Virus genome (UHGV): UHGV-0083269
DNA length: 44,081 nt
Reading direction: 5' to 3' (one strand)
Source: a virus
The notes under the pieces were generated by a model. That model worked only from the letters and a program-made list of their open reading frames with translations. It did not search any database and was not told the origin of the DNA. Below are positions 26,937-35,869 of this stretch, one piece after another. The translations under genes and the position numbers were made by a program. Within the stretch, counting starts at the first letter, position 1, and the number at the start of each line of letters is the position of its first letter.

Positions 26937-27434
26937 TTAAAATTCTATGTCATTTGTATACTGAACTGTTACCGGCAGTACCCAATCCTGTACTGCGTTT
27001 TCATTTGGCTCCAGTCCGTATGAGTTATCGCGAGTGATTCGTTTTATAACCCGGCCTTCTGACAATGCCGGGAAAGTCGTAAGACGCGTTTGAGCACCAT
27101 TTATTACTACCGGTTCATGGCACAGCCACTTCCCAAGAGTGTCGAGGAACTCTTGGGCGCTAAGCTTTAGCCTCTCTTTATTTGAGGCCGTCCGGTATAC
27201 AACATAAAACGGGTACTGGCACTTTTGATGCCTGCCGCCGCATACGTCTTCAGTTTCGGCGTACACCAATGCGCCGTTATCAGCCGAAAAGGCTAATCCA
27301 GAGTCTTTAGTAAGCTCTTCAAATTTAATGATTTCACCATCCTTAAGACCTGGATATTGATTTAAAAGCGATTTAACGGCACGTGTCAAAATCTCATACC
27401 CGCTGGCATCCATGCCGATTGGCTTACTATCCAT
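26937..27434 (-). CDS. tail completion/terminator-like protein
   Basis: 165 aa. Positional call. Confidence 0.4.
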   Translation of the reverse strand: MDSKPIGMDASGYEILTRAVKSLLNQYPGLKDGEIIKFEELTKDSGLAFSADNGALVYAETEDVCGGRHQKCQYPFYVVYRTASNKERLKLSAQEFLDTLGKWLCHEPVVINGAQTRLTTFPALSEGRVIKRITRDNSYGLEPNENAVQDWVLPVTVQYTNDIEF

Positions 27435-27918
27435 GTTTTCCTCCTCCGGCTATGCGTTTAACGTCTTTAATCCATGTCTTTCCGTCCGCTTCTTTTGCAG
27501 CATCAAACCAGTGATCTTGCGCTTTAGGATGTGCCTGATGCGTGTAAGATATGTTTTCTCGCGCATTTGTCTTGCCAGTGTATTCACTCACAAGCACCTT
27601 CCGCGCTCCACGCCTCGCCCTAGGTGATCCGGTCTTTTCGTCAACCATGACTTTACCCTCGTACAGGTATCTGCCTTGTGGTCCATAAGCAGCAAATACT
27701 TTTCCTGTTCCCTGTTCCGCAGAACTAGCGGCTCTGGTTGTGTTTATAAAGCTGCCTGTAACCATTGGCATAAAGGGTACCATGCTATTCATTACAGCAC
27801 CGTCAAGCTGGTATTGTGCCCGCTTGTATTGCGTTTCAAAACGGTCATATCCTATCTTTACGTGTACATCCCCATCAACAACGGAAAAACCCTTAAAATG
27901 TCGTGTCTTTGAGCTCAT
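27427..27918 (-). CDS. HK97 gp10-like head-tail joining protein
   Basis: 163 aa. Positional call. Confidence 0.4.
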   Translation of the reverse strand: MSSKTRHFKGFSVVDGDVHVKIGYDRFETQYKRAQYQLDGAVMNSMVPFMPMVTGSFINTTRAASSAEQGTGKVFAAYGPQGRYLYEGKVMVDEKTGSPRARRGARKVLVSEYTGKTNARENISYTHQAHPKAQDHWFDAAKEADGKTWIKDVKRIAGGGKHG

Positions 27919-28431
27919 TTACTTACCTAAAATTTCAAAATGAGGGATAACGGTATACGGACCACCTACACTGGTTATCTTGTAAACATTGTCGCGGTTG
28001 CTGTTCATGTACTGGTAAAAACCATTGCGGTAGTCACCCTCAGTAACCATGCCGCCAGTCCATTCACCCTGCCAGAAAAAATCCTCTGGCCCGAAGGTGA
28101 TGCTGTCCGGAAGTTCATCATTGACCTGCGCCGCCCATGCTTTCGGAGTCATCCACGGCACCGCTGCACCGTCTGACCGCTGCACCATCACCTTGTCTCC
28201 GTCTGGGGCGTAAGCAATATGCAGCGCGGCATTGTCGGTACTGTCTGGGCCATACTTTTTCAGTATTGCGCCGTGGTCGGTTATCAGGTCAACTCCGGAT
28301 AAAACATGAGGATACCAGTACGCATCTCCTGTTGTGGCTGATTCGTAATAATTGAAAAGTGTTATAATTTTGCTATAGATATATCTCACCTCGCATTTAC
28401 GGGAGTTGAAACTGCGTCCACATCGCTCCAA
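27919..28431 (-). CDS. head-tail adaptor-like protein
   Basis: 170 aa. Positional call. Confidence 0.4.
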   Translation of the reverse strand: MERCGRSFNSRKCEVRYIYSKIITLFNYYESATTGDAYWYPHVLSGVDLITDHGAILKKYGPDSTDNAALHIAYAPDGDKVMVQRSDGAAVPWMTPKAWAAQVNDELPDSITFGPEDFFWQGEWTGGMVTEGDYRNGFYQYMNSNRDNVYKITSVGGPYTVIPHFEILGK

Positions 28432-29012
28432 CCACGATATCTTCTCTTGGTTATAGTGTTATAGGAAATCCCGGTTATTTCACTCCATTCTGTTAATGTA
28501 TGTGTTTCCCCATTTACAGTAACGTAAACATTGCCTCTTTTATTGTTGGCTTGCTGTTTCAAAGTTGCCCATCTACAATTTTCAGGACAATAATTTCCAT
28601 CCACGTTTACTCTATCTATAGTAAGATTTTCAGCATATCCATTTCCTAATGCCCATTCCTTAAAATCAAGGAATGACTTTTCCCATTCTTCGCAAACAGA
28701 AATGCCCCTGCCACCATAGTTTTTATAAGATGGCTCTCCAATATAGGAACAGCGTCTACGCATATCTACCCATATAGTGTATAAGCGTGTGTTTCTATCT
28801 CCATGAATTTTCTTAGCTTCCGACACTCTATCTTTTTGATAACAGCCGCAACTAAGTGTATTTTTGCGAATCAAATTATTTGAAGCTACAATTACTTCGT
28901 TTCCACAATCACATTTACAAAGCCACTGAGATTGCCCCGTTTTATTAACTTTATCAATGGCTATAAGTCTTCCGAATCTTTGATTTGTTAAATTTCTTGT
29001 TGGTCTTGGCAT
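28386..29012 (-). CDS. HNH_3-type homing-endonuclease-like protein
   Basis: FGRLIAI...WLCKCDCGNE...SCGC zinc motif plus LTIDRVNVDGNYCPENCRWAT HNH_3-like C-terminus. It sits as an insert in the structural module. Confidence 0.5.
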   Translation of the reverse strand: MPRPTRNLTNQRFGRLIAIDKVNKTGQSQWLCKCDCGNEVIVASNNLIRKNTLSCGCYQKDRVSEAKKIHGDRNTRLYTIWVDMRRRCSYIGEPSYKNYGGRGISVCEEWEKSFLDFKEWALGNGYAENLTIDRVNVDGNYCPENCRWATLKQQANNKRGNVYVTVNGETHTLTEWSEITGISYNTITKRRYRGWSDVDAVSTPVNAR

Positions 29013-29073
29013 AATAAATCCATCTCATTTTAGGAAAAGGACTTACTGCTGTCTCACGACATGTGCCTTTTAA

Positions 29074-29343
29074 TTATTCTTTCTGCGTTGTCTGCTTAAT
29101 AACCTGATTTACACCAGTAGCCGACAGCCCATTAAACATACCAACCGCAACTGCTGTGATATAATCCGTTGCCGGAAAATCTGGGATAATTCCCATTCCT
29201 ACTGCTCCGAGAATCCCACCAATAACCGCCATGATTACTGGAATCCATTCATCAGAGATTCTTTTTGATGCTTTACAGCCCATTCCCACGATGTAGCAGA
29301 TCATAACGATTGCTACGCATGAGCCCAATGTTGATATATCCAT
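29074..29343 (-). CDS. putative holin (2-3 TM)
   Basis: 89 aa with TM segments CVAIVMICYIVGMG and PVIMAVIGGILGAVGMGII. Confidence 0.45.
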   Translation of the reverse strand: MDISTLGSCVAIVMICYIVGMGCKASKRISDEWIPVIMAVIGGILGAVGMGIIPDFPATDYITAVAVGMFNGLSATGVNQVIKQTTQKE

Positions 29344-29528
29344 TATTTTTCACCTCACATCTGGAATGCCAAATTGTTTGTATGTGCCAGTAAACGAAAA
29401 CACCTTACCACATTTACAGCAAGTTTCCGTAATCGTACAAGTCTTTTATTTGTCGTTGCATTTTGATTCAGCAGGACTTTTAAATCTGTGTCCGCCAGTT
29501 AAAAAGCACATTACTCTATTCATTTCGT

Positions 29529-30023
29529 TTACACCCCTGCATATAATACTGGTATTCCATCATCCGTCCTTACTCCCATCAGAAGCGGTAACGCTGTCTT
29601 TAAGAGTAAGTCGTTCGTTTTCTGCGCATCTCCGGCAGCGGCATATACCGCGCTCCATTCCTTTGCACTCGCCCCGATCTGCTGAGGTGTGGCATAAGAG
29701 ATGGATTCGCTGCCAGAACTTACAGAGGTTACAATACCTGTTGATTTGCCACCGACATTTGTGTCGGTCACATTTGCGGATGCCTGATTGATAGCATTCT
29801 TTTCAGCAAGCTCAATTTGATACATTAATTCAGCCAGTGAGCAGACCGCCTTTTTGATGCGCTTCTGCTGCCGATCATCGGACGGTAATCCGTCTGCCAG
29901 CCGGTCAAATGTCAAGCCGTCAATAAAGTCACTTGCCCTCTCAGACATCCTCATAAAATCAGATTCCGGCACGACATTGCCGAAAAATGATTTTTGGTAA
30001 AACTCATAATCTACATATGCCAT
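29529..30023 (-). CDS. head-tail connector / DNA-packaging-like protein
   Basis: 164 aa, downstream of the MCP gene. Confidence 0.4.
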   Translation of the reverse strand: MAYVDYEFYQKSFFGNVVPESDFMRMSERASDFIDGLTFDRLADGLPSDDRQQKRIKKAVCSLAELMYQIELAEKNAINQASANVTDTNVGGKSTGIVTSVSSGSESISYATPQQIGASAKEWSAVYAAAGDAQKTNDLLLKTALPLLMGVRTDDGIPVLYAGV

Positions 30024-30038
30024 GCCGGAACCTCCTCA

Positions 30039-31247
30039 TTACTGTGCGGTTACAGTCGTATGACCTGCGCTCAGCGCTTTATATGTGCTGTCGCACTCAA
30101 CTACAGTGATAACCTGGCCGTTGGCCGCTGTGATATCGCTCTTGCCGTCCCATGCGCTCCAGTTTTTCACATTCTGTCCATACTCTACAGTGGTCTCAGA
30201 AGATGCCACTTTGTACTTATAGACGTTACCAGCGTTGCCCTTTTCCGGATTAACAGTAATCTTTGTGGTACCGCTGGATGATCCAGCTGTAGACTGTACA
30301 GTCAGATCGCCAAGAGTCTGAGATGTCCCAAATGTAATCACAGAAATAGCATCCAGATACTCAGCAAACAGCACCATACCCATGATTGCGAATGCCTCAG
30401 ATACAGCAGTGCTGTAGTTGCCCTGAGTATGGAAGCCGATCAGATTGGTTTCGCCGGACACTGTATAGGAGAGCCCAGCACGTGCAAAGTCTGAATCGCT
30501 CGGATCAACATAGTAAAGAACAATGTTGTCTACCGGTGTAGCGATTACCTTGCCACGCGGGATCTCGCTGTCGGACAGCAGGAACACAGTATTAAATCCC
30601 ATAAAATCTTTCATATACTGGAATCCGAACTGGTTCTGAATAGTGATATTTGCAGCGCCAAGATACTCATATACATCAAGGATGTTTACAAAGCCTGCAA
30701 TACCATTCGGAATGGAACGATGCATGTTTTTGAACTTGTCCTCAACGCGGCCTTTTGCCATAGCAAGAGCCATCTGGAAAGTATTCTCGGTAGAGGTAAG
30801 GGTACCGGTCTTAAGATAAGTGTAAAATCTTCCGGTTACATCCGTCTGAAGCTGGAAGAGGAACTCTTCGTCTGTCATCTCTACAGCCACATCGTAGCCA
30901 TAAGTCTTGATTGCCTCGATGGATACAGCCTTTGCGTACTTCTCCACATCCATTTCAGCATACTCTTTTTCTTTTACCTCGAATTTGGAGTACGGAATTT
31001 CATCTCCCTCTGCGACCTTACCGCTCTGTAAAGTTCCGGTTGCATATTTGGATTTCAGAGTTGATCCCGGCTCTTTTTTTATCATTCTCAGCACACCAAG
31101 AATTTCGGATAAGTGCTCCCAGTTGCGTTCAAATCTGGTTACAAAATCTACCTCTCTCGCGCGTACCTGAATGTTTTCTGTTTTTATAAGATTTGCTTTT
31201 GCCATAAAAGTTAAGCCCTTTCTGCCCGTAATTTGGGCGCCAGTCAA
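30039..31247 (-). CDS. major capsid protein with C-terminal Ig-like (Big_2-type) domain
   Basis: 402 aa, following the scaffold gene. C-terminal ...TKITVNPEKGNAGNVYKYKVASSETTVEY...VITVVECDSTYKALSAGHTTVTAQ is Ig-like. Confidence 0.65.
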   Translation of the reverse strand: MTGAQITGRKGLTFMAKANLIKTENIQVRAREVDFVTRFERNWEHLSEILGVLRMIKKEPGSTLKSKYATGTLQSGKVAEGDEIPYSKFEVKEKEYAEMDVEKYAKAVSIEAIKTYGYDVAVEMTDEEFLFQLQTDVTGRFYTYLKTGTLTSTENTFQMALAMAKGRVEDKFKNMHRSIPNGIAGFVNILDVYEYLGAANITIQNQFGFQYMKDFMGFNTVFLLSDSEIPRGKVIATPVDNIVLYYVDPSDSDFARAGLSYTVSGETNLIGFHTQGNYSTAVSEAFAIMGMVLFAEYLDAISVITFGTSQTLGDLTVQSTAGSSSGTTKITVNPEKGNAGNVYKYKVASSETTVEYGQNVKNWSAWDGKSDITAANGQVITVVECDSTYKALSAGHTTVTAQ

Positions 31248-31266
31248 ATCACTGGATTAACAACGA

Positions 31267-31902
31267 TCACTCAAACAGTGACATGTTGCTTGCAATTGCA
31301 GCCTGTCGTTCGCTTGTATCTTTGATGTCCATGATTTCTTTTTTGGTCATCTTTCCACCCGGATGATTATTGCGGGTTATCCCTGTTGTAAATCTCGCCT
31401 GGTTCTGCATAGCGGTCTGCTGATCTTCATCAACAAATGCAGACGCATCGTCTTTTTTCATCTGATCCAGCAGATCATTAAGCCCCAGTATCCTTCCATC
31501 CTTAAGCTTAAGACCGGCGTCTTTGATGTCTGCCATAACAGCCTTTTTAGCAGACTCGGAAGAGAATTTAACATCTTCCAGTGCAGATTTAAGAGCATCA
31601 GCAAAATCTCTTTCATAAATTTTATTGTTAAAATTTTTCTCTGCATCTGCTGCTTTTTGCTTCCATGTGTCGACCTCTGCCTTGACGTTCTCTGGATCAA
31701 TGCCATCAAAGCTTTTGAGTGTAGCTTCTGCTGTCTCTGCCCGTTCCTTCCAACTGTCACGCTCACTTTCGACCTTTGACAGTGTTTTAGAAACTTCTCC
31801 GGCATTCTTGTAATGCTCAGACAATGCTTTTTTTACATCTGCCTTCTTATCTTCCGGGATGTCAATACCAAATGATTTGAGTGTTTCAATAAGTTTCTGC
31901 AT
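31267..31902 (-). CDS. scaffolding protein
   Basis: 211 aa, acidic with K/E/A coiled-coil, directly upstream of the MCP gene. Confidence 0.6.
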   Translation of the reverse strand: MQKLIETLKSFGIDIPEDKKADVKKALSEHYKNAGEVSKTLSKVESERDSWKERAETAEATLKSFDGIDPENVKAEVDTWKQKAADAEKNFNNKIYERDFADALKSALEDVKFSSESAKKAVMADIKDAGLKLKDGRILGLNDLLDQMKKDDASAFVDEDQQTAMQNQARFTTGITRNNHPGGKMTKKEIMDIKDTSERQAAIASNMSLFE

Positions 31903-31978
31903 ATCATCCTCCTGGCCGTGTTTATTGACCTGCCGCCGCAGGTAATGGATTAAGCCCGATAGACCACGGGCGGGGTAA

Positions 31979-32050
31979 CTCCGGCAGCCGGATTCGAACC
32001 AGCGCTATGAGAGTCAAAGTCTCATGCCTTAACCGCTTGGCAATGCCGAA
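31979..32050 (-). tRNA. tRNA-Gln (UUG)
   Basis: D-arm GCCAAGCGGTTAAGGCA as in bacterial tRNA-Gln. Anticodon loop CTTTGAC. T-arm GCTGG-TTCGAAT-CCGGC. 7-bp acceptor pairing. Confidence 0.6.
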
Positions 32051-32122
32051 AGCTGATAGCCGGACTTGAACCGACAACATATTGATTACAAGTCAATTGT
32101 TCTTCCATTGAACTATACCAGC
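32051..32122 (-). tRNA. tRNA-Thr (UGU), tentative identity
   Basis: Cloverleaf fold: acceptor GCTGGTA/TATCAGC, D-stem GTTC/GAAC, anticodon loop CTTGTAA, T-loop TTCAAGT. Confidence 0.5.
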
Positions 32123-32126
32123 AAAA

Positions 32127-32200
32127 TGGACCGCCAGGGACTTGAACCCCGGACCACCCGGTTATGAGCCGGGCGCTCTGACCAGCTGAGCTAGCGGTCC
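32127..32200 (-). tRNA. tRNA-Met/Ile2 (CAU)
   Basis: GGACCGC...GCGGTCCA acceptor, D-loop TAGCTCAGCTGGTCAGAGCG, anticodon loop CTCATAA, T-arm GGGGTTCAAGTCCC. Confidence 0.7.
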
Positions 32201-32203
32201 TAA

Positions 32204-32233
32204 AATGCCTGGCATGATTACATACCAGGCATT
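32204..32233 (-). terminator. strong hairpin (9-bp stem AATGCCTGG/CCAGGCATT) between the cargo island and the tRNA cluster
   Basis: On the minus strand it is followed by TTTTAG and then the tRNA-Met 5' end. Confidence 0.4.
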
Positions 32234-32527
32234 TACAAGGGGAAAAGAAAAACTCTGCTTATAGCAGCGGAATCCTCGCTGCGGTCGTAAGCCGCATTAA
32301 CAGCCTATCAGCTACGAGGTGAAAGGAGGAAATTCAAGGCCAGTCAAAGCACTTGAATTTTGATCTGGCAAGCGCACGCCGGAAATTTCATCCGCTTTTC
32401 AACCTCCAGGAATGGCCTGTTTATATTAAGGACGTGCGCGGGAGGTGTGTGATAAAACCATGAAAAGTAACCAATCCTCTTCACATCTACATTCTACCAT
32501 TTATCTATAAGTACCTTGTCCACACAT

Positions 32528-33070
32528 CTACAGCATATCTCTAAGCTTATCCACATAGCGCTTCACAAGATCGCGTTCTTCGCGGCATTCTGCGTCCTTT
32601 GACATATCACCGATTTCTGCCGTAAGCCCATCCAAGTGTTCCTCTAATGCGGCCAGCATTTTACGCTTACAGTCCTCTGATTTGCCGGATCGATAGCTCT
32701 GCTTTTGCGTCATGTAATCATCATAAGCATCTCGACCATCGCTCCGGCTGTAATGTCCACGCACATAATGCTCACCACGGCGCATATAGGATGATCCGCG
32801 GTCATAATCTGGCATTCGGCCATCAGAAGCGCTATAACGCCCCATGTTATCACGTCCGCGGCGCTCGCTGTAGTCACCTACACGCATCTGTTCCAAAACG
32901 GTCATATAATACTCGCCCTTTTTATCCCAATACTCTGTGTTTTTAATGTCTTTATACATATCAATCAGCTTAAAAGCCGTGTCCAGATTGCCGGAGGTGA
33001 GGCCTTTTTCAGCAATGTTAGATATCTCATCTTCAATACGTGCACATAAATCTTTAATATCTCTCATCAT
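32528..33070 (-). CDS. R/D/Y/S-rich low-complexity protein (CotG/coat-like composition)
   Basis: 180 aa with central RRGRDNMGRYSASDGRMPDYDRGSSYMRRGEHYVRGHYSRSDGRDAYDDY...SYRSGKS. Confidence 0.45.
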   Translation of the reverse strand: MMRDIKDLCARIEDEISNIAEKGLTSGNLDTAFKLIDMYKDIKNTEYWDKKGEYYMTVLEQMRVGDYSERRGRDNMGRYSASDGRMPDYDRGSSYMRRGEHYVRGHYSRSDGRDAYDDYMTQKQSYRSGKSEDCKRKMLAALEEHLDGLTAEIGDMSKDAECREERDLVKRYVDKLRDML

Positions 33071-33079
33071 CCCACCTCC

Positions 33080-33502
33080 TTATGCTACCCGTGTTACCAC
33101 AAGATTTGCATTTGCTACGGTGATAGCCTGGGTACTGGTATTCTCTACCGCAACATTAAAGCAGCATCCGCGCGGCACATCAATAAAGATTCCGGCAGAT
33201 ACGTTGTTAAACGCTTCTACCGCGGTCGGTGTGGAAATCATCTGGGACGATAAGACAGGCTCACCGCCGATTGCAATAGCAAGAGAAATTGCTTCCGCTG
33301 TTCCTCCAGTCGGCACTGCGATATTCGCAGAAAAGCTAACAAAATAGCGGGCCTTGCACTGATTAGTCATTCCTCTGAGGGTAACAATGCCGCTGCCTTC
33401 CCGGTGCTGCACGCATGCGGTTCCTTTTACAGCGGTGTTGGTATACACCACGTTTCCGTTTGCTGCCACTTCCTGAGCGGCAACAGCTAAATATTCAGCC
33501 AT
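33080..33502 (-). CDS. BclA-C-terminal-like (C1q/TNF-like jelly-roll) domain protein
   Basis: Start MAEYLAV after an AAAGGAGAAAACAAT RBS. GNVVYTNTAV...ARYFVSFSANIAVPTGGTA...ANLVVTRVA resembles exosporium BclA C-terminal domains (which end ...IIIEKVA). Confidence 0.45.
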   Translation of the reverse strand: MAEYLAVAAQEVAANGNVVYTNTAVKGTACVQHREGSGIVTLRGMTNQCKARYFVSFSANIAVPTGGTAEAISLAIAIGGEPVLSSQMISTPTAVEAFNNVSAGIFIDVPRGCCFNVAVENTSTQAITVANANLVVTRVA

Positions 33503-33639
33503 ATTGTTTTCTCCTTTTTCATATCGCAAAAAGGCAGGTCTAAGCCTGCCGATTTGCGTAATACCGGCATTGTGCCGAACATCCAACCATATTGCCGATG
33601 TCAGGAATATGGTTGGAAGATACAGATATGATGTTGTTG

Positions 33640-34410
33640 TCAGCAGTTACAGCCCGTATTGCAGCCGTAATATACGTTCGGGTTCGGCACCTGGTATGCC
33701 GGAATCGGTGCCGGATTGATCGCATTAATGAGCTGCTGGGTCTGTGCTGCCATAGCGGTAGTAAGCAATGCACTCTGACGATCCTGAGATGCAGCACGTC
33801 TGAGATCATTGTTTTCAGCCTGGAGGGAAGAAATCTTCTCGTTGCACAGGTAGTCCAGAATAGCTCTGGTTCCTGCGTTCTGGCTGTCGATAATGTCTCT
33901 GGTGTTGTTGTTCATGGTGTTCTGGAGTGCACAGGTGTTCTGCGCCATGTTGTAATTTACGCCCTGGATTGCTTCCCGGGTCTCGCAGCAGCACTGAGCA
34001 AGCTGCGCCTGGAGTGCGTTAGTGTTCTGCATGTTGGCTACAGTGTCGGCGTTAATAGCCTGCTGGATGCCGAAGCCAGTCTGCATGACGTTTGTATTGA
34101 TGCCGTTGAATCCGGTAAGCATACCGTTATTCATGGCATAGAAGCCATCACACAGGCCGCTGGACAGGCCGTCCAGTTTGCTGATAACTGCCTGGTTGTC
34201 AAAGCCACGCTGGATTGCGGAATCGGTGTATGCGCTTCCGGCTGCTCCACCTCCGCCGTTTCCCCAGCCATTGCCACCCCATCCGCAGAAAGCGAAAATG
34301 AATAAAACGATGAGCCACCAGACACCGTCTCCGCCAAACATTCCATCATTGTTCCGGTTGTTGGTTCCGGTAGCCGCCGCAATGTCGGCTAAGCTGTAAG
34401 TTCCATCCAT
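33640..34410 (-). CDS. membrane-anchored Gly-rich/QN-rich protein with YjcZ-like N-terminal segment and Cys-rich C-terminus
   Basis: AAAGGAGA RBS. GMFGGDGVWWLIVLFIFAFCGWGGNGWGNGGGG is a YjcZ-like motif. A long Q/N/A-rich region follows, with CCCETRE and C-terminal YYGCNTGCNC. Confidence 0.5.
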   Translation of the reverse strand: MDGTYSLADIAAATGTNNRNNDGMFGGDGVWWLIVLFIFAFCGWGGNGWGNGGGGAAGSAYTDSAIQRGFDNQAVISKLDGLSSGLCDGFYAMNNGMLTGFNGINTNVMQTGFGIQQAINADTVANMQNTNALQAQLAQCCCETREAIQGVNYNMAQNTCALQNTMNNNTRDIIDSQNAGTRAILDYLCNEKISSLQAENNDLRRAASQDRQSALLTTAMAAQTQQLINAINPAPIPAYQVPNPNVYYGCNTGCNC

Positions 34411-34457
34411 ATTGATATCTCCTTTGATTTATTTACATTCCCGGCCAGGATAATGTA

Positions 34458-34679
34458 CTATTTCATGCCGCCCAGCATCCGTTGAAACTGCTGTGCCATC
34501 TGCTGAGCCTGATCAAGCTGCGCCTGTGATATTCTGCCAGACTGCAACATCTTTTGTACCTCAGCTTTTGGGTCTCCCTTAAAGTTTTGCTTAAACTGCG
34601 CAAACTGCTGCATCATCTGCATGGGGCCGTTGCCGCCCATCGGCATGCCGCCGAACATTTGGAATAATGGGTTACTCAT
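34458..34679 (-). CDS. Q/M-rich small protein
   Basis: The ATG overlaps the upstream stop (ATGAGTAA), indicating translational coupling. AAAGGGAGGTG RBS. Confidence 0.4.
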   Translation of the reverse strand: MSNPLFQMFGGMPMGGNGPMQMMQQFAQFKQNFKGDPKAEVQKMLQSGRISQAQLDQAQQMAQQFQRMLGGMK

Positions 34680-35136
34680 CTGCTGCCGCACCTCCCTTTG
34701 ATCTCCGGCTCTCTGGTTTGGCAGTAGAGCCGCCGCTTGCTGGAAACGAATTTATCTTGTCCAGAATCTCATTGTATTTGTCAAAAAGGTCCTGGTACTC
34801 TTTACGGGTAACATACATATCATTCATGGCAGCTTCCGGTTGTTTCTGTGGCATTCTGCCGTTTATTTCGTGATACTCAAATACGCGTAAAGGTTGCGGC
34901 ATGCCGGATACATCCGTTGACTTGATGTAAAACCGCTCCGCTTCGCTGTCCATCAGCAGTACGCTTGATCCGGGCGCAACAAGGTAAGACTTTGCCCCAG
35001 TCTCTCCCTGCACCCAGAGTATTCCTTGGTTATTTGTCGGTGCCATCGGCTGCGGGACGGGCTGATATTGGTTCATCTGCGCCATACGATCCTGATACGG
35101 CTGGTATGGCTGATACATGTTCGGATATGCTGCCAT
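34672..35136 (-). CDS. P/Q/Y-rich N-terminal protein with small C-terminal domain (GerQ-like architecture)
   Basis: MAAYPNMYQPYQPYQDRMAQMNQYQPVPQPMAP... then ILWVQGETGAKSYLVAPGSSVLLMD. GGAGGAAATCGAAC ATG RBS. Confidence 0.45.
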   Translation of the reverse strand: MAAYPNMYQPYQPYQDRMAQMNQYQPVPQPMAPTNNQGILWVQGETGAKSYLVAPGSSVLLMDSEAERFYIKSTDVSGMPQPLRVFEYHEINGRMPQKQPEAAMNDMYVTRKEYQDLFDKYNEILDKINSFPASGGSTAKPESRRSKGGAAADE

Positions 35137-35296
35137 GTTCGATTTCCTCCAATTCTTCCAAAAAGATCAAAATATCGTGGTAATCGGTTTTTATAGGTAT
35201 CTCTACCTCATCGTCATCGGAAAACATCTTCTTCACGCTTATATTTTGGCATAAAAAATAAGCCCCTGACAGTTCGTCAAAGGCTCAATAAAGTAT

Positions 35297-35506
35297 CTAT
35301 AAAGTTCCACATATGCGAATGATCTTTGAGTTTACCCGGCGGCTGATCCGCTTCGCGGTGGCAAGGCTCACATTCATGTTTTCTGCGCAGATCTCCATTG
35401 GCACGCCTGCGGCTCGGTATTCAAATAAAGCTCTTTCCTCTGGTGTAAAATTCGCAAGTTTCCGGAAGTGGTTTAGCTCCGGCACTGTAAAATCATACAC
35501 TTTCAA
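35297..35506 (-). CDS. sigma-70 region-4-like HTH small protein
   Basis: FTPEERALFEYRAAGVPMEICAENMNVSLATAKRISRRVNSKI is a sigma region-4 type HTH. Start codon uncertain. Confidence 0.4.
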   Translation of the reverse strand: MKVYDFTVPELNHFRKLANFTPEERALFEYRAAGVPMEICAENMNVSLATAKRISRRVNSKIIRICGTL

Positions 35507-35517
35507 GATGAGATCTA

Positions 35518-35862
35518 TTACCCCTCACTTTCTATCGGCTCATATGGTAGAGCCAGACATCTATTATAAAGATCTTCGCCTGTTCCATTGCCTCCAAGTG
35601 TCTTGTATGGACGAAACATATACTCAAGATTGTCTCTGTCTTCCAGTGTACAGTACTTACGTTTTAAGTAAAACGTACACGCCTGATAGAGCCGATCATG
35701 GAGAAGTGCCAGAACTCCCGCATTAATAGCATTTGTTCTCGCGCGTTCCGTCTTCAGCTGTTTAGACAGTTTATGATATGCTCCCGAAAGTACTACTGAT
35801 ATAAGGCCAAACAGCCATGATACCCAGTGTGCTGTTATGTACAGTATAATCATTTCCATTGT
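35518..35862 (-). CDS. membrane protein with GGNGTG-motif cytoplasmic domain (holin-like?)
   Basis: Likely start MEMIILYITAHWVSWLFGLISVVLSGAY (TM). C-terminal ...YKTLGGNGTGEDLYNRCLALP. Confidence 0.35.
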   Translation of the reverse strand, partial: TMEMIILYITAHWVSWLFGLISVVLSGAYHKLSKQLKTERARTNAINAGVLALLHDRLYQACTFYLKRKYCTLEDRDNLEYMFRPYKTLGGNGTGEDLYNRCLALPYEPIESEG

Positions 35863-35869
35863 ATACTCC

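Noticed and set aside
33592-34305. 237-aa plus-strand ORF in the cargo island
   Set aside because: Antisense to 33640..34410, which has a strong RBS and a YjcZ-like motif. The plus ORF has no RBS. GC-rich shadow ORF.
35030-35236. 68-aa minus ORF overlapping the start of 34672..35136
   Set aside because: Its C-terminal half is the alternate frame of the PQ-rich gene, which has a far better RBS. Likely spurious, though an acidic N-terminal micro-ORF cannot be excluded.
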